From the NCBI GenBank assembly GCA_964412955.1, contig CAYPQV010000002.1, positions 683 to 64,682 on the forward strand: a stretch of DNA of 64,000 nt, in the 5' to 3' direction. This DNA is from an uncultured Hyphomicrobiales bacterium (GTDB lineage Bacteria > Pseudomonadota > Alphaproteobacteria > Rhodospirillales > 2-12-FULL-67-15). The position numbers were made by a program, and so were the translations under genes. The stretch's first letter is position 1. Every line of letters begins with the position of its first letter. The notes beneath the pieces were generated by a model. The model had not been told where the DNA came from. It saw nothing but the letters and a program-made list of their open reading frames with translations, and made no database searches. Positions 12,921 through 27,088 of this stretch are shown one piece after another.

Positions 12921-13286
12921 ATGGACTCTCTTCTCGCCAATTACCTGCCGATCCTGGTTTTTCTCGGGATCGCCGTGGCCATCGCGGGGATCGCGGTCCT
13001 CGCCTCGCTGATCGTCGCCCGCCAGCACCCCGACGCGGAAAAGGCCGCCGCCTACGAATGCGGATTCGACGCCTTCACCGACGCCCGCCATAAGTTCGAC
13101 GTCCGGTTTTATCTGGTCGCCATCCTGTTCATCATCTTCGATTTGGAAGTCGCCTTCCTGTTCCCGTGGGCGGTGGCGCTGGGCCAGATCGGCCTGTTCG
13201 GGTTCTGGTCGATGATGATCTTCCTCGCCGTGCTGACGGTCGGTTTCATCTACGAGTGGCGCAAGGGAGCGTTGGAATGGGAGTAA
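12921..13286 (+). CDS. nuoA: NADH-quinone oxidoreductase subunit A
   Basis: 121-aa membrane protein with [31 protein letters not shown], and [12 protein letters not shown]. Confidence 0.95.
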   Translation: MDSLLANYLPILVFLGIAVAIAGIAVLASLIVARQHPDAEKAAAYECGFDAFTDARHKFDVRFYLVAILFIIFDLEVAFLFPWAVALGQIGLFGFWSMMIFLAVLTVGFIYEWRKGALEWE

Positions 13287-13816
13287 CGCCGCACCCCGCC
13301 GCTCTTCCTCCCGGCGCCCAGCAGGACGCGGTCCTCGGCCAGGTTATGGGCGAACTGACCGACAAGGGGTTCGTGCTCGCCAACGTCGATCGCCTGGTCA
13401 ATTGGGCGCGGACCGGCTCGCTGTGGCCGATGACCTTCGGTCTCGCCTGCTGCGCGGTCGAGATGATCCACGCCTACATGAGCCGTTACGACCTCGACCG
13501 TTTCGGCGTGGTGCCGCGCCCGAGCCCGCGCCAGTCCGACGTCATCATCGTCGCCGGAACGCTCACCAACAAGATGGCCCCGGCGTTCCGCCGCGTCTAC
13601 GACCAGATGGCCGAGCCGCGCTGGGTGATCTCGATGGGCTCGTGCGCGAACGGCGGCGGCTATTACCACTATTCGTATTCGGTCGTGCGCGGCTGCGATC
13701 GCGTCGTGCCGGTCGACGTCTACGTGCCGGGATGTCCCCCGACCGCCGAAGCCCTGGTCTACGGCATCCTGCAGCTGCAAAAGAAAATCCGCCGAACGGG
13801 AACTCTCTGGCGCTAG
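13277..13816 (+). CDS. nuoB: NADH-quinone oxidoreductase subunit B
   Basis: In frame within track ORF 13166..13816. The ATG at 13277 overlaps the nuoA end. Motifs: [45 protein letters not shown] (N2 cluster ligands). Confidence 0.93.
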   Translation: MGVTPHPAALPPGAQQDAVLGQVMGELTDKGFVLANVDRLVNWARTGSLWPMTFGLACCAVEMIHAYMSRYDLDRFGVVPRPSPRQSDVIIVAGTLTNKMAPAFRRVYDQMAEPRWVISMGSCANGGGYYHYSYSVVRGCDRVVPVDVYVPGCPPTAEALVYGILQLQKKIRRTGTLWR

Positions 13817-13836
13817 GCGGCGGGAAAGAAAAAGCG

Positions 13837-14439
13837 ATGGATTTGGCTCTCAAGGACCTTGGCGATTACGTCGCCGGCGCGCTGCCCAACGAGGTGCTCG
13901 GCGCGACCGCCGACCGTGGCGAACTGGCGTTCACCATCCATCGCCATGCCGTGCTCAAGGTCCTCAAGTTCCTGCGCGACGACGCGAACTGCCAGTTCAA
14001 GCAGTTGATGGACGTATGCGGTGCGGATTATCCGGAACGCGAGAACCGTTTCGACGTGGTCTACAATCTGCTCAGTCTGGTGCATAACACCCGCGCGCGG
14101 GTCAAGCTCGCGACCGACGAGACGACCCCGGTTCCGTCCGCGAGCGGCCTGTTTTCGAGCGCGGCGTGGTGGGAGCGGGAAGCCTGGGACATGTACGGCA
14201 TCCCGTTTTCCGACCATCCCGATTTGCGCCGCATCCTGACCGACTACGGCTTCGACGGGTACCCGCTGCGCAAGGATTTTCCGCTCACCGGCTACGTCGA
14301 GGTTCGCTACGACGACGAACAGAAGCGCGTGGTCTACGAGCCGGTCAAGCTTCCCCAGGAATTCCGCAGCTTCGATTTCCTGAGCCCGTGGGAAGGCGCG
14401 CCGCGCCTGCCGGGCGACGAAAAAGCGACCAAGGGCTGA
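13837..14439 (+). CDS. nuoC: NADH-quinone oxidoreductase subunit C
   Basis: In frame within track ORF 13402..14439. The ATG at 13837 gives [12 protein letters not shown]... Motifs: [22 protein letters not shown]. Confidence 0.93.
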   Translation: MDLALKDLGDYVAGALPNEVLGATADRGELAFTIHRHAVLKVLKFLRDDANCQFKQLMDVCGADYPERENRFDVVYNLLSLVHNTRARVKLATDETTPVPSASGLFSSAAWWEREAWDMYGIPFSDHPDLRRILTDYGFDGYPLRKDFPLTGYVEVRYDDEQKRVVYEPVKLPQEFRSFDFLSPWEGAPRLPGDEKATKG

Positions 14440-14443
14440 CGGG

Positions 14444-15622
14444 ATGTCCGAAACCCGCATCCGCAACTTCAACCTCAACTTCGGGCCGCAGCATCCGGCG
14501 GCGCACGGCGTGCTGCGCCTGGTGCTGGAAATGGACGGCGAGATCATCGAGCGCGCCGATCCGCACATCGGGCTTCTGCATCGCGGCACCGAAAAGCTGA
14601 TCGAGCACAAGAGCTATCTCCAGGCGGTGCCGTACTTCGACCGGCTCGACTACGTCGCGCCGCAGAACCAGGAGCACGCCTTCGCGCTGGCGGTGGAAAA
14701 GCTGCTCGGCATCCAGGCGCCGCCCCGCGGCCAGTACATTCGCGTTCTCTACGCGGAGATCGGCCGCATCCTCAACCACATCCTCAACGTCTGTTCCTAC
14801 GCCATGGACGTCGGCGCGATGACGCCGATGCTGTGGGCGTTCGAGGAGCGCGAGCTGCTGATGGAATTCTGCGAGCGCGTCTCCGGCGCGCGCCTGCACA
14901 TGGCCTATTTCCGTCCCGGCGGCGTGGCGCGCGACATGCCGGTCGGCCTGATCGAGGACATCCATGCCTGGAACGAACGCTTCCCCAAGGTGATCGACGA
15001 TCTCGAAACCCTGCTGACCGAAAACCGCATCTTCAAGCAGCGTACCGTCGACATCGGCCGCATCGGTCCCGAGGCCGCGCTCGACTGGGGCTTTTCCGGC
15101 CCCAACCTGCGCGCCTGCGGCTTCGCCTGGGATTTGCGCAAGGCGCAGCCCTACGACGCCTACGGCGAAATGGATTTCGACGTGCCGGTCGGCAGGAACG
15201 GCGACTGCTACGACCGCTATCTGATCCGCATGTACGAAATGCGCGAAAGCGTGAAGATCATCCGCCAGTGCCTGGAGCGCATGCCGGCCGGGCGGGTGAT
15301 GACCGACGACCGCAAGATCGCGCCGCCGCCGCGCGGCGACATGAAGGGCTCGATGGAAGCCCTGATCCACCATTTCAAGCTCTACACCGAGGGCTACCAC
15401 GTGCCCGCCGGCGAGACCTACACGGCGGTCGAGGCGCCCAAGGGCGAATTCGGCGTCTACCTGGTGTCCGACGGCACCAACCGCCCATACCGCTGCAAGA
15501 TCCGCGCGCCCGGCTTCGCGCACCTGCAGGCGCTCGAGTTCCTGTCGCGCGGCCACATGCTCGCCGACGTGGTCGCCAACATCGGCTCGATCGACATCGT
15601 GTTCGGGGAGATCGACCGATGA
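14444..15622 (+). CDS. nuoD: NADH-quinone oxidoreductase subunit D
   Basis: 392-aa ORF with [25 protein letters not shown], and a C-terminal IVFGEIDR. Confidence 0.96.
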   Translation: MSETRIRNFNLNFGPQHPAAHGVLRLVLEMDGEIIERADPHIGLLHRGTEKLIEHKSYLQAVPYFDRLDYVAPQNQEHAFALAVEKLLGIQAPPRGQYIRVLYAEIGRILNHILNVCSYAMDVGAMTPMLWAFEERELLMEFCERVSGARLHMAYFRPGGVARDMPVGLIEDIHAWNERFPKVIDDLETLLTENRIFKQRTVDIGRIGPEAALDWGFSGPNLRACGFAWDLRKAQPYDAYGEMDFDVPVGRNGDCYDRYLIRMYEMRESVKIIRQCLERMPAGRVMTDDRKIAPPPRGDMKGSMEALIHHFKLYTEGYHVPAGETYTAVEAPKGEFGVYLVSDGTNRPYRCKIRAPGFAHLQALEFLSRGHMLADVVANIGSIDIVFGEIDR

Positions 15623-16215
15623 GCGCGCCGTCCTTCGTCTTCGATTCCGACAACCTGAAGCGGGCGGAAGCGATCGTCGCCAAGTATCCCGACGGGCGGC
15701 AGGCGAGCGCGGTCATGCCGCTGCTCGATCTCGCCCAGCGCCAGGGCGGCGGATCGCTGACCCAGGCCGCCATGGATTACGTCGCCGATTACCTCCGAAT
15801 GCCGCCGATCCGCGTCTACGAGGTCGCGTCGTTCTACACCATGTACAACCTGAAGCCGGTCGGCCGGCATCACGTTCAGGTCTGCACCAACCTGCCGTGC
15901 TGGCTGCGCGGCTCCGACGTGGTCGCCGACACCTGCAAGCGGACCCTCGGCATCGGCTTCGGCGAAACCACCGCAGACGGCCAGTTCACGCTGAGCGAAG
16001 TCGAATGCCTCGGCGCCTGCGTCAACGCGCCGATGATGCAGATCAACGACGACTACTACGAGGACCTCGATCCCGACACCACCCGCGCGGTGCTGAGCGT
16101 CCTCAAGCAGGGCGGCCGGCCGAAGACCGGATCGCAAATGGGACGACGCAGTTGCGAGCCGAAGTCGGGCCTGACTACCCTCAAGAACACGCAGCCCAAG
16201 GGGAAAAAGAAATAA
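15619..16215 (+). CDS. nuoE: NADH-quinone oxidoreductase subunit E
   Basis: The ATG at 15619 forms an ATGA overlap with the nuoD stop. The protein begins [24 protein letters not shown]. The 2Fe-2S ligand context is [11 protein letters not shown]...[11 protein letters not shown]. Confidence 0.93.
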   Translation: MSAPSFVFDSDNLKRAEAIVAKYPDGRQASAVMPLLDLAQRQGGGSLTQAAMDYVADYLRMPPIRVYEVASFYTMYNLKPVGRHHVQVCTNLPCWLRGSDVVADTCKRTLGIGFGETTADGQFTLSEVECLGACVNAPMMQINDDYYEDLDPDTTRAVLSVLKQGGRPKTGSQMGRRSCEPKSGLTTLKNTQPKGKKK

Positions 16216-16220
16216 CCGCG

Positions 16221-17510
<1,290 letters not shown>

Positions 17511-17529
17511 GCGAAGGGAAGGCCATTCC

Positions 17530-19599
17530 ATGCCGAAACTCACCGTCAATGGCCGGGAAGTCGAAGTCCCCGCCGGGCAGACCGTGCTCCAGGCGTGCGA
17601 AGCCGCGGGCGTCGAAATCCCGCGCTTCTGCTATCACGAGCGGCTCTCGATCGCCGGCAACTGCCGCATGTGCCTGGTGCACATGGAAAAGTCGCCGAAG
17701 CCGATCGCGTCGTGCGCGATGCCCGCCGCCGACGGCATGGTGATCCGCACCGACACGCCCGAAATCCGAAAGGCGCGCCAGGGCGTGATGGAACTGCTGC
17801 TCATCAACCACCCGCTCGATTGCCCGATCTGCGACCAGGGCGGCGAATGCGACCTGCAGGACCAGGCGATGGCCTACGGGTTCGATCGCGGCCGCTATCG
17901 AGAAAACCGCCGCGCGGTGAAGGACAAGAACTGGGGTCCGCTCATCAAGACGGTGATGACGCGCTGCATCCATTGCACGCGCTGCATCCGTTTCGCGACC
18001 GAAGTCGCGGGCGTGCCGGTGCTCGGCGCCACCGGGCGCGGCGAGAACATGGAAGTGGGCATGTACGTCGAGCAGGCGCTCAATTCCGAACTGAGCGGCA
18101 ACCTGATCGACCTGTGCCCGGTCGGCGCGCTGACTTCGGCCCCGTACGCCTTCGCCTGCCGTTCCTGGGAATTGCGCAAGACGGAATCGGTCGACGTGCT
18201 CGACGCGGTCGGCAGCAACATCCGCGTCGACGCGCGCGGGCCGAGCGTGCTGCGCATCCTGCCGCGCCTCAACGAGGACGTGAACGAGGAATGGATTTCG
18301 GACAAGGCCCGGTTCGCGTGCGACGGGCTCAAGCACCGCCGCCTCGACCGGCCGTGGGTGCGCCGCGCGGGCAAGCTCGAGCCCGCCGCCTGGCCGGAAG
18401 CGTTCGCGGCCGTCGCCAAGCGCCTGAAAGCGGCCAAACCGGACCGCGTCGCGGCCATCGCCGGCGATTTGGCGTGCGCCGAATCCATGTACGCCCTGAA
18501 AACCTGGCTCGCCAAGCTGGGCACGCCGCACCTCGACTGCCGCCAGGACGGCGCCAAGCTCGATCCCGAGTGCCGGGCCGGATACCTGTTCAACACCACC
18601 ATCGCCGGCATCGAGCGCGCCGACGCCTGCCTGCTGATCGGCGCCAATCCCCGGCGCGAGGCGCCGATCGTCAACGCGCGCCTGCGCAAGCGCTGGCTGA
18701 TGGGGAATTTCGCCGTCGGCCTGATCGGCGAACGGGCGGACCTGACCTATCGCCACGAGCATCTGGGAACCGGCACCGCCGAATTGAAGGCGCTCGCGGA
18801 CGGCAAGCACCCGTTCGCCAAGACCCTCGCCGCCGCCAAGGCGCCGATGCTGGTGCTCGGTCCGGGCGCGCTGGCGCGTCCCGACGGCGGCGCGATCCTG
18901 GCGTCGGCGCGCGCGATCGCCGAAAAGAACGGTCTGGTGAAGCCGGACGCCGGCTGGAACGGATTCAACGTCCTGCACACGGCGGCCGCCCGGGTCGGCG
19001 GGCTCGATCTCGGGTTCGTGCCGGGTTCGGGCGGGCGCGATACCGACGCGATCGTCGCCGGGGCCGGACAGGGGGCGATCGAGGTGCTGTTCCTGCTCGG
19101 CGCCGACGAAATCGATACCGGCCGCCTCGGCTCCGCGTTCGTGGTCTACATCGGCCATCACGGCGACAGGGGCGCGGCCCGCGCCGACGTGGTGTTGCCG
19201 TCCGCCGCCTACACCGAAAAGGACGCGACCTACGTCAACACCGAAGGCCGCGTCCAGCGCACCCGCCGCGCCGTGTTCCCGCCCGGCGAGGCGCGCGAGG
19301 ATTGGGCCGTCGTCCGCGCCCTGGCCGAAGCGTGCGGGACGCGGCTGCCGTTCGACCGGTTGGCCGAAGTGCGCGCCGCCATGGCCAAGGCTCATCCGAC
19401 GTTCGCCGAGATCGACGCCGTCCAGCCCGCTCCGTGGGGCAAATTCGGCGTCGCCGGAACGTTGGACGCGGCGCCGTTCCGTTCGCCCGTCCGCGATTAT
19501 TACCGCACCGACGCCATCAGCCGGGCTTCACCGACCATGGCCGAGTGCGCGGAAGCGTTTTCCCAACCTTCATCCGGCATGACGGGGACTCATGGCTGA
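17530..19599 (+). CDS. nuoG: NADH-quinone oxidoreductase subunit G
   Basis: 689-aa ORF. N-terminal 2Fe-2S ferredoxin part [15 protein letters not shown], then [17 protein letters not shown] and [10 protein letters not shown]. Confidence 0.96.
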   Translation: MPKLTVNGREVEVPAGQTVLQACEAAGVEIPRFCYHERLSIAGNCRMCLVHMEKSPKPIASCAMPAADGMVIRTDTPEIRKARQGVMELLLINHPLDCPICDQGGECDLQDQAMAYGFDRGRYRENRRAVKDKNWGPLIKTVMTRCIHCTRCIRFATEVAGVPVLGATGRGENMEVGMYVEQALNSELSGNLIDLCPVGALTSAPYAFACRSWELRKTESVDVLDAVGSNIRVDARGPSVLRILPRLNEDVNEEWISDKARFACDGLKHRRLDRPWVRRAGKLEPAAWPEAFAAVAKRLKAAKPDRVAAIAGDLACAESMYALKTWLAKLGTPHLDCRQDGAKLDPECRAGYLFNTTIAGIERADACLLIGANPRREAPIVNARLRKRWLMGNFAVGLIGERADLTYRHEHLGTGTAELKALADGKHPFAKTLAAAKAPMLVLGPGALARPDGGAILASARAIAEKNGLVKPDAGWNGFNVLHTAAARVGGLDLGFVPGSGGRDTDAIVAGAGQGAIEVLFLLGADEIDTGRLGSAFVVYIGHHGDRGAARADVVLPSAAYTEKDATYVNTEGRVQRTRRAVFPPGEAREDWAVVRALAEACGTRLPFDRLAEVRAAMAKAHPTFAEIDAVQPAPWGKFGVAGTLDAAPFRSPVRDYYRTDAISRASPTMAECAEAFSQPSSGMTGTHG

Positions 19600-20635
19600 T
19601 CTGTTCCTCGACATCTGGGCCGCTTATCTTTGGCCGCTCCTCTGGATCGTCATCAAGATCGTCGTGATCGTGGTGCCGCTCTTGCTCGCGGTCGCCTACC
19701 TGACTTATGCCGAACGCAAGGTGATCGGCGCCATCCAGCTCCGGCGCGGCCCCAACGTGGTCGGGCCGTTCGGCCTGCTGCAACCGCTCGCCGACGGCCT
19801 CAAGTTGTTCCTCAAGGAAACCGTCATACCCACCGGCGCCAACCGGGGCGTGTTCATCCTGGCGCCGTGCGTCACCTTCGTCCTCGCGCTCGCGGCGTGG
19901 GCGGTGATTCCGTTCGGCGAAGGGTTGGTGCTCGCCGATATCAACGTCGGCGTCCTCTATCTCTTCGCCATATCCTCCCTCGGCGTCTACGGCATCCTGA
20001 TGGCGGGGTGGGCCAGCAATTCGCGCTACGCCTTCCTCGGCGCGCTCCGTTCGTCGGCGCAGATGGTGTCCTACGAAGTCTCGATCGGATTCGTCATCAT
20101 CACCGTGCTGCTGTGCGTCGGCTCGCTCAACCTGACCGACATCGTCATGGCGCAAAAGGGCCGCTACGGCCTGTTCAACTGGTTCTGGCTGCCGCTGCTG
20201 CCGATGGCGGTGATCTTTTTCATCTCGGGGCTGGCCGAAACCAACCGTCACCCGTTCGACCTGCCGGAGGCGGAAGCCGAACTGGTCGCCGGCTACAACG
20301 TCGAATATTCGGCGATGACGTTCGCGCTCTTCTTCCTCGGCGAATACGCCAACATGATCCTGATGTCGGGCATGACCGCGGTTCTGTTCCTGGGCGGCTG
20401 GCTGCCGCCGTTCGACATCGCGCCGTTCAACTGGATTCCGGGGCCGGTCTGGTTCGCGCTCAAGATCGCGGCGCTGCTGTTCGTATTCATCTGGGTGCGG
20501 GCCGCGTTTCCGCGCTACCGCTACGACCAGCTGATGCGGCTCGGCTGGAAGGTGTTTCTGCCGGTTTCGCTCGCCGCCGTGGTGGTGGTCTCGGGCGTGC
20601 TGGTGGCATTCGGCGCCGTGCCGGGAATGAAATAG
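19592..20635 (+). CDS. nuoH: NADH-quinone oxidoreductase subunit H
   Basis: 347-aa polytopic membrane protein with [45 protein letters not shown], and [13 protein letters not shown]. Confidence 0.96.
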   Translation: MADLFLDIWAAYLWPLLWIVIKIVVIVVPLLLAVAYLTYAERKVIGAIQLRRGPNVVGPFGLLQPLADGLKLFLKETVIPTGANRGVFILAPCVTFVLALAAWAVIPFGEGLVLADINVGVLYLFAISSLGVYGILMAGWASNSRYAFLGALRSSAQMVSYEVSIGFVIITVLLCVGSLNLTDIVMAQKGRYGLFNWFWLPLLPMAVIFFISGLAETNRHPFDLPEAEAELVAGYNVEYSAMTFALFFLGEYANMILMSGMTAVLFLGGWLPPFDIAPFNWIPGPVWFALKIAALLFVFIWVRAAFPRYRYDQLMRLGWKVFLPVSLAAVVVVSGVLVAFGAVPGMK

Positions 20636-20648
20636 GAGGGCGAGGCCG

Positions 20649-21137
20649 ATGAGCTTTATCGAACGCGGCGCGCGCGCCGTCCTGCTGACGGAACTGTTGG
20701 AAGGTCTCGCGCTCACCTTCAAGTACATGTTCCGGCCCAAGGTGACGATCAATTACCCCTACGAAAAAGGCCCGCTCGGACCCCGCTTCCGCGGCGAGCA
20801 CGCGCTCAGGCGTTATCCCAACGGCGAGGAACGCTGCATCGCCTGCAAGCTGTGCGAGGCGATCTGCCCGGCCCAGGCCATCACCATCGAGGCCGAGCCG
20901 CGCGCCGACGGCAGCCGCCGTACCACCCGCTACGACATCGACATGACCAAGTGCATCTATTGCGGCTTCTGCGAGGAAGCCTGCCCGGTCGATGCCATCG
21001 TCGAGGGGCCGAATTTCGAGTTCGCGGCCGAAACCCGCGAGGAGCTGATGTACGACAAGGACAAGCTGCTCGCCAACGGCGAGCGCTGGGAAACCGAAAT
21101 CGCCGCGCGGCTGCGCGCGGACGCGCCGTATCGATGA
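20649..21137 (+). CDS. nuoI: NADH-quinone oxidoreductase subunit I
   Basis: 162-aa ORF with two 4Fe-4S motifs, [12 protein letters not shown] and [12 protein letters not shown]. Confidence 0.96.
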   Translation: MSFIERGARAVLLTELLEGLALTFKYMFRPKVTINYPYEKGPLGPRFRGEHALRRYPNGEERCIACKLCEAICPAQAITIEAEPRADGSRRTTRYDIDMTKCIYCGFCEEACPVDAIVEGPNFEFAAETREELMYDKDKLLANGERWETEIAARLRADAPYR

Positions 21138-21155
21138 GACGGGACCGATAGCGAC

Positions 21156-21761
21156 ATGATCCAGGCGCTCGCCTTCTATATGTTCGCCGTGACCGCCGTG
21201 ATCGCGGCCGCGCTGGTCGTGACCATGCGCAACCCGGTACATTCGGTGCTGTTCCTGATTCTCGCCTTTTTCAACGCCGCCGGCCTGTTCGTGCTGGCCG
21301 GGGCCGAATTCCTGGCCATGATCCTGGTCGTGGTCTACGTCGGCGCGGTCGCGGTGCTGTTCATGTTCGTCGTCATGATGCTGGACATCGACTTCGTGGT
21401 CCTGCGCCAGGGATTCATGAATTACCTGCCGATCGGCGCCCTGATCGGGCTGGTCATGCTGATCGAACTGGCGGTGGTGCTCGCGGGCTGGAAGGCGGCG
21501 CCCGACGCGCGATTGCTGGCGGCGGCGCCCGCGCCGGGGGACATCGGCAACACCCGCGCGCTGGGCGAGGTGCTCTACACCCATTACGCCTACCTGTTCC
21601 AGGCGGCGGGCGCGATCCTGCTGGTGGCGATGGTCGGCGCGATCGTGCTGACCCACCGCGCCCGCGAAGGCGTGCGCCGCCAGGATATCGGCCGGCAAAT
21701 CGCCCGCACTCCGGCCAACACCATCGAAATCAAGAAAGTCGAATCGGGGAAGGGCATCTGA
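21156..21761 (+). CDS. nuoJ: NADH-quinone oxidoreductase subunit J
   Basis: 201-aa membrane protein with the typical NuoJ N-terminus ([25 protein letters not shown]...[16 protein letters not shown]). Confidence 0.94.
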   Translation: MIQALAFYMFAVTAVIAAALVVTMRNPVHSVLFLILAFFNAAGLFVLAGAEFLAMILVVVYVGAVAVLFMFVVMMLDIDFVVLRQGFMNYLPIGALIGLVMLIELAVVLAGWKAAPDARLLAAAPAPGDIGNTRALGEVLYTHYAYLFQAAGAILLVAMVGAIVLTHRAREGVRRQDIGRQIARTPANTIEIKKVESGKGI

Positions 21762-22072
21762 TGCTCGACATCGGCCTCGCCCATTACCTGACCGTCGGCG
21801 CGATCCTGTTCGCGACCGGCATCTTCGGCATCTTCCTCAACCGCAAGAACGTGATCGTGATCCTGATGTCGGTCGAACTGATGCTGCTCTCGGTCAACAT
21901 CAACCTGGTCGCGTTCTCGGCCGCGCTCGGCGACCTCGCCGGCCAGGTGTTCGCCATGCTGATCCTGACCGTGGCCGCGGCGGAAGCCGCCATCGGCCTC
22001 GCCATCCTGGTCGCGTTCTTCCGCAATCGCGGGTCGATCGCGGTCGAAGACGTCAATTTGATGAAGGGGTAG
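21761..22072 (+). CDS. nuoK: NADH-quinone oxidoreductase subunit K
   Basis: 103-aa ORF whose start overlaps the nuoJ stop by 1 nt (TGATG). Motifs: [19 protein letters not shown]...[13 protein letters not shown]. Confidence 0.95.
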   Translation: MLDIGLAHYLTVGAILFATGIFGIFLNRKNVIVILMSVELMLLSVNINLVAFSAALGDLAGQVFAMLILTVAAAEAAIGLAILVAFFRNRGSIAVEDVNLMKG

Positions 22073-22079
22073 GGGACGC

Positions 22080-24038
22080 ATGTACGCCGCCGCGATCTTC
22101 CTGCCGTTGCTCGGCGCCGCGCTCGCCGGGGCGCTCTCGTTCGCGCCCGCCGCCGACGCCCACGCCAAGCACCGCCTCGACCGCGCGGCGCAATGGCTCA
22201 CCTGCGGCGCGCTGGTGCTCTCGGGGCTGCTGTCGATCCTGATTTTCAAGAACGTGGTGCTCGACGGCCAGCCGCGCACGATCGAGCTGTTCACCTGGAT
22301 CGATTCCGGCGCGCTGGAAATCTCCTGGGCGCTCAAGTTCGACACCCTGACCGCGGTGATGGTCCTGGTGGTGTGCAACGTCTCGGCCCTGATCCATATC
22401 TATTCCGTCGGCTACATGCACCACGATCCCGACGTGCCGCGGTTCATGTCGTACCTCAGCCTGTTCACCTTCTTCATGCTGATGCTGGTGACGGCCGACA
22501 ACCTGGTGCAGCTGTTCTTCGGCTGGGAAGGGGTCGGGCTCGCGTCCTATCTGCTGATCGGGTTCTGGTACGACCGTCCCTCGGCCAACGCCGCCGCGAT
22601 CAAGGCGTTCGTCGTCAACCGGGTCGGCGATTTCGGCTTCGCGCTGGGCATCTTCGTCGTCTTCGTCCTGTTCCAGTCGGTCAATTTCGACGTCATCTTC
22701 GCCGCCGCGCCGGGCAAGGCGACGGCGACCATCCGCGTGTTCGGCGGCGAGTTCCACGCGCTGACGGTCGCGTGCCTGCTCCTGTTCGTCGGCGCCATGG
22801 GCAAGTCGGCCCAGCTCGGGCTGCACACCTGGCTGCCCGACGCGATGGAAGGCCCGACGCCGGTGTCGGCCCTGATCCACGCCGCGACCATGGTCACCGC
22901 CGGGGTGTTCATGGTCGCGCGCCTGTCGCCGCTGTTCGAGCTGTCGGAGACCGCGCTGATCGTGGTGACCGTGGTCGGCGCCTCGACCGCGCTGTTCGCC
23001 GCCACCGTCGGCTGCGTGCAGAACGACATCAAGCGCGTCATCGCCTATTCGACCTGCAGCCAGCTCGGCTACATGTTCTTCGCCTGCGGCGTTTCGGCCT
23101 ATGCCGCCGGCATTTTCCACCTGATGACCCACGCGTTCTTCAAGGCGCTGTTGTTCCTCGGCGCGGGTTCCGTGATCCACGCCATGTCCGACGAGCAGGA
23201 CATGCGCCGCATGGGCGGCATCTGGAAGATGGTGCCGGTGACCTACGGCCTGATGTGGATCGGCTCGCTTGCGCTCGCCGGCATTCCGCCGTTCGCCGGG
23301 TTCTATTCCAAGGACATCGTGATCGAAGCGGCCTTCGCCGCCGGCACGCCCTGGGGCCTCTACGCCTTCGCCGCGGGCATCGCGGCGGCCTTCCTGACCG
23401 CGTTCTATTCCTGGCGCCTGTTGTTCATGACCTTCCACGGGAGCCCGCGCGCCGACGAAAAAACCATGGCGCACGTGCACGAATCGCCCCTGGTGATGAT
23501 CGCGCCGCTCTTGGTGCTCGCCGCCGGCGCGGCATTCGCCGGGCTGATCGCCTACGAATTCTTCGTCGGCGACAAGATGACCGCCTTCTGGAGCGAAGCG
23601 ATCAAGACCTTGCCCGCCCACGACGCGCTCGCCAAGGCGCACCATGTGCCGGCGTGGGTCAAGCTCGCGCCGCTGGTGGTAGGCGGTCTCGGCATCGCGC
23701 TCGCCTGCGCGCTGTACCTGTGGGCGCCGGGCCTGCCCGCCGTCATCGCCCGCCGTTACAAGCGGATTTATCAGTTCCTGCTCAACAAGTGGTACTTCGA
23801 CGAACTGTACGACCGCCTATTCGTGCGGCCGGCGATGGCGTTGGGGCGCAACCTGTGGAAGACGGGAGACGGCACCCTGATCGACGGCCTCGGACCCGAC
23901 GGCCTGTCGCAGGCCGTGGTCAACATGGCGCGCCGGGTCGCGGCGCTGCAGACCGGCTACGTCTATCACTACGCGTTCGCCATGCTGATCGGCGTCGTGG
24001 GGCTGATCACCTGGTACGTGCTCCGGCAGGTGGGGTAG
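22080..24038 (+). CDS. nuoL: NADH-quinone oxidoreductase subunit L
   Basis: 652-aa Mrp-antiporter-like subunit with [50 protein letters not shown]. Confidence 0.96.
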   Translation: MYAAAIFLPLLGAALAGALSFAPAADAHAKHRLDRAAQWLTCGALVLSGLLSILIFKNVVLDGQPRTIELFTWIDSGALEISWALKFDTLTAVMVLVVCNVSALIHIYSVGYMHHDPDVPRFMSYLSLFTFFMLMLVTADNLVQLFFGWEGVGLASYLLIGFWYDRPSANAAAIKAFVVNRVGDFGFALGIFVVFVLFQSVNFDVIFAAAPGKATATIRVFGGEFHALTVACLLLFVGAMGKSAQLGLHTWLPDAMEGPTPVSALIHAATMVTAGVFMVARLSPLFELSETALIVVTVVGASTALFAATVGCVQNDIKRVIAYSTCSQLGYMFFACGVSAYAAGIFHLMTHAFFKALLFLGAGSVIHAMSDEQDMRRMGGIWKMVPVTYGLMWIGSLALAGIPPFAGFYSKDIVIEAAFAAGTPWGLYAFAAGIAAAFLTAFYSWRLLFMTFHGSPRADEKTMAHVHESPLVMIAPLLVLAAGAAFAGLIAYEFFVGDKMTAFWSEAIKTLPAHDALAKAHHVPAWVKLAPLVVGGLGIALACALYLWAPGLPAVIARRYKRIYQFLLNKWYFDELYDRLFVRPAMALGRNLWKTGDGTLIDGLGPDGLSQAVVNMARRVAALQTGYVYHYAFAMLIGVVGLITWYVLRQVG

Positions 24039-24042
24039 GGGA

Positions 24043-25599
24043 ATGTTCGACCTTCCCATCCTCTCGCTGCTGATCGTCCTGCCGCTGGTCGGCGCGGGGT
24101 TCATCCTGTTCATCCGCGGCGAGGATACGGTCGTCGCCGACAACGTCCGCAGCGTCGCCTTGTGGACCAGCGGCATCGAATTCGTGCTGTCGCTGTTCCT
24201 GTGGTTCGGGTTCGATCCCGACAACGCCGGATTCCAGTTCGTCGAGACGATCGAATGGATGCCTGGCCTCGACATCGCCTACCGGGTCGGGGTCGACGGC
24301 ATATCGGTCTTGTTCGTCCTCCTGACCACGCTGCTGACGCCGATCTGCGTGCTGGCGAGCTGGGACGCGATCCGCGACCGGGTGCGCGAATACATGGTCG
24401 CGTTCCTGGTCATGGAAACCATGATGGTCGGCATGTTCGCCGCGCTCGATCTGTTCCTGTTCTACGTGTTCTTCGAGGCGGTGCTGATCCCGATGTTCCT
24501 GATCATCGGTGTGTGGGGCGGGCCGAGGCGGGTCTATTCCGCCTTCAAGTTCTTCCTCTATACGCTCGCGGGTTCGGTGCTGATGCTGGTGGCACTGCTG
24601 ACCATCTACATGGACGCCGGCACCTCCGACATTCCCACGCTGCTGACCCATCGCCTGCCGGCGGCGTGGCAGCCGTGGCTGTGGCTCGCCTTCTTCGCCT
24701 CGTTCGCGGTCAAGGTGCCGATGTGGCCGGTCCACACGTGGCTGCCCGACGCGCACGTGGAGGCGCCGACCGCCGGATCGGTCATCCTGGCGGGCGTGCT
24801 GCTGAAGTTCGGCGGCTACGGGTTCCTGCGCTTTTCGCTGCCGATGCTGCCGGGGGCGAGTGAAACCTTCGCGCCGCTGGTGTTCGCCTTGAGCGTGATC
24901 GCGGTCGTCTACACCTCACTGGTCGCGCTCGCCCAGGCGGACATGAAGAAGCTGATCGCCTATTCCTCGGTCGCCCACATGGGCTTCGTCACCGCCGGCG
25001 CATTCAGCTTCACCTTGCAGGGGATCGAAGGCGCCATCTTCCAAATGCTCAGCCACGGCGTCGTTTCCGCCGCCCTGTTTTTGATCGTCGGCGTGGTCTA
25101 CGACCGGACGCATTCGCGCGAAATCGAAACCTACGGTGGCCTGGTGCATCGCATGCCGGTCTACGCGCTCGCCTTCATGGTTTTCATGCTGGCCTCGGTC
25201 GGATTGCCCGGCACCAGCGGATTCGTGGGCGAAATCCTGGTGCTGATCGGACTGTTCCAGGTCAATGCCTGGGTCGCGGCGCTGACCGCGACCGGCGTGA
25301 TCCTGGGCGCGGTCTACATGCTCTACCTCTATCGCCGGGTGATCTTCGGCAAGCTGACCAAGGAAGCGCTCGCCAGGATCGCCGATCTGACCCCGCGCGA
25401 AATCGCCGTGTTCGTGCCGCTGGTCGCGCTGGTGTTCTGGATGGGAGTCTACCCGGCGCCGTTCCTCAAGATCATGCACGCATCGAGCGCCAACCTGGTG
25501 CGCCAGGTGGAGGAAGGTCGCAGGATCGCCGCCATGCCCGCCGCCGCTCCCGCGGCGGCGCGGGTCGCGACCGCCTCGAACGAAGCCAGGGCGCGTTAG
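24043..25599 (+). CDS. nuoM: NADH-quinone oxidoreductase subunit M
   Basis: 518-aa ORF with [54 protein letters not shown]. Confidence 0.96.
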   Translation: MFDLPILSLLIVLPLVGAGFILFIRGEDTVVADNVRSVALWTSGIEFVLSLFLWFGFDPDNAGFQFVETIEWMPGLDIAYRVGVDGISVLFVLLTTLLTPICVLASWDAIRDRVREYMVAFLVMETMMVGMFAALDLFLFYVFFEAVLIPMFLIIGVWGGPRRVYSAFKFFLYTLAGSVLMLVALLTIYMDAGTSDIPTLLTHRLPAAWQPWLWLAFFASFAVKVPMWPVHTWLPDAHVEAPTAGSVILAGVLLKFGGYGFLRFSLPMLPGASETFAPLVFALSVIAVVYTSLVALAQADMKKLIAYSSVAHMGFVTAGAFSFTLQGIEGAIFQMLSHGVVSAALFLIVGVVYDRTHSREIETYGGLVHRMPVYALAFMVFMLASVGLPGTSGFVGEILVLIGLFQVNAWVAALTATGVILGAVYMLYLYRRVIFGKLTKEALARIADLTPREIAVFVPLVALVFWMGVYPAPFLKIMHASSANLVRQVEEGRRIAAMPAAAPAAARVATASNEARAR

Positions 25600-25609
25600 G
25601 AGGAAAGAC

Positions 25610-27088
25610 ATGCCGCCCGCCGGTCTTCCCGCCCTGACGCCCGCGCTGCCGGAGATCCTGCTCGCGCTCGGCGGCATGGCGCTCCTGATGTTCGGGGTGT
25701 TCCAGAAAGCCGGAGCCAACGGCGCCGACGCGCGCGCCGCCCGTCGCGCCGAGTGGATCGCGCTGGCGGTATTGCTGGTGGCGCTGCTGGCGGTTCTGGC
25801 GCTCGGCAAGGACCGCGCGGTGACCTTCGGCGGCCTGTTCGCCATCGACGCCTTCAGCCGCTTCGCCAAGGTTCTGGTCCTGATCGGCGCGGCGGCGGCG
25901 CTGGTCATGAGCGGCGATTTCCTCGCCCGCCACGGCGCCGGCCGGTTCGAGTATCCGGTCGTCGCCCTGTTCGCGGTCGCCGGCATGATGATGATGCTGT
26001 CGGCCAACGACCTGATGGCGCTCTACGTCGGGCTCGAACTGCAAAGCCTTTCGCTCTACGTCATGGCCACGTTCCAGCGCGACGATTCGCGCGCGACCGA
26101 GGCGGGCTTGAAATATTTCGTCCTCGGCGCGCTGGCGTCGGGGATGCTGCTCTACGGCTCCTCGCTGGTCTACGGCTTCGCCGGCAGCACCAACTTCGAG
26201 GTGCTGGCCGAACTGTTCCGTCACCTCGGCGCCGGCGCGCCGTCGCTCGGCATCGTGTTCGGCCTGGTGTTCATCCTGGCCGGGCTCGCCTTCAAGATTT
26301 CGGCGGTGCCGTTCCACATGTGGACGCCGGACGTGTACGAAGGGGCGCCGACCCCGGTCACCGCCTTCTTCTCGGTCGCGCCCAAGATCGCCGCCCTCGG
26401 CCTGTTCGTGCGGCTCATGGTCGGGCCGTTCGGCGATCTTGCGCCGCACTGGCAGCAGGTGGTGGCGGCGGTCGCCATCGCCTCGATGGCGGTCGGCGCC
26501 TTCGGCGCCATCAACCAGTCGAACATCAAGCGCCTGATGGCCTACAGCTCCATCGGTCACGTCGGCTACGCCCTGGTCGGCCTCGCGGTGGCGGACGCGA
26601 ACGGCGTGCGCGGCATGCTGGTCTATCTCGCCATTTATCTGGTGATGAATCTGGGCACGTTCGCCTGCATCCTCGCCATGCGGCGGGGCGGGCGCAACGT
26701 GGAGCAGATTTCCGATCTCGCCGGCATCGGGCGCACCCATCCGCTCTATGCCGCCGCGCTCGCCGTGCTGATGTTCTCGATGGCGGGCATTCCGCCGCTC
26801 GCCGGATTCTTCGGCAAGCTCTACGTCTTCCTCGCCGCGGTCGAGGCCAGGATGTTCGTGCTCGCGGCGGTCGGCCTGCTGACCAGCGTGGTGGCCGCGT
26901 TTTATTACATCCGCATCGTGCGCATCGCCTATTTCGACGAGCCGGGCGAGGTGCTGGACAAGGCCTTGCGCCCCGAAATCGCCTGGATCGCCTGGGCGGC
27001 GAGCGCGATCGTGATCTTCTTCTTCCTCGCGCCCGGACCGGTGCTCAAGGCGGCGGCCCGGGCCGCCAAAGCCCTGATCGCGGGATGA
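25610..27088 (+). CDS. nuoN: NADH-quinone oxidoreductase subunit N
   Basis: 492-aa ORF with LELQSLSLYVMA, FKISAVPFHMWTPDVYEGAPTPVTAF, LMAYSSIGHVGY. Confidence 0.96.
   Translation: MPPAGLPALTPALPEILLALGGMALLMFGVFQKAGANGADARAARRAEWIALAVLLVALLAVLALGKDRAVTFGGLFAIDAFSRFAKVLVLIGAAAALVMSGDFLARHGAGRFEYPVVALFAVAGMMMMLSANDLMALYVGLELQSLSLYVMATFQRDDSRATEAGLKYFVLGALASGMLLYGSSLVYGFAGSTNFEVLAELFRHLGAGAPSLGIVFGLVFILAGLAFKISAVPFHMWTPDVYEGAPTPVTAFFSVAPKIAALGLFVRLMVGPFGDLAPHWQQVVAAVAIASMAVGAFGAINQSNIKRLMAYSSIGHVGYALVGLAVADANGVRGMLVYLAIYLVMNLGTFACILAMRRGGRNVEQISDLAGIGRTHPLYAAALAVLMFSMAGIPPLAGFFGKLYVFLAAVEARMFVLAAVGLLTSVVAAFYYIRIVRIAYFDEPGEVLDKALRPEIAWIAWAASAIVIFFFLAPGPVLKAAARAAKALIAG

Noticed and set aside
22193-24073. 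626-aa plus-strand ORF in an alternative frame of nuoL. Similar off-frame ORFs occur in nuoM/nuoN/nuoH (for example 24162..24863, 25753..27084, 19630..20652).
   Set aside because: The annotated frames contain the conserved antiporter-like motifs. The alternative frames are Arg/Pro-rich with no hydrophobic helices.
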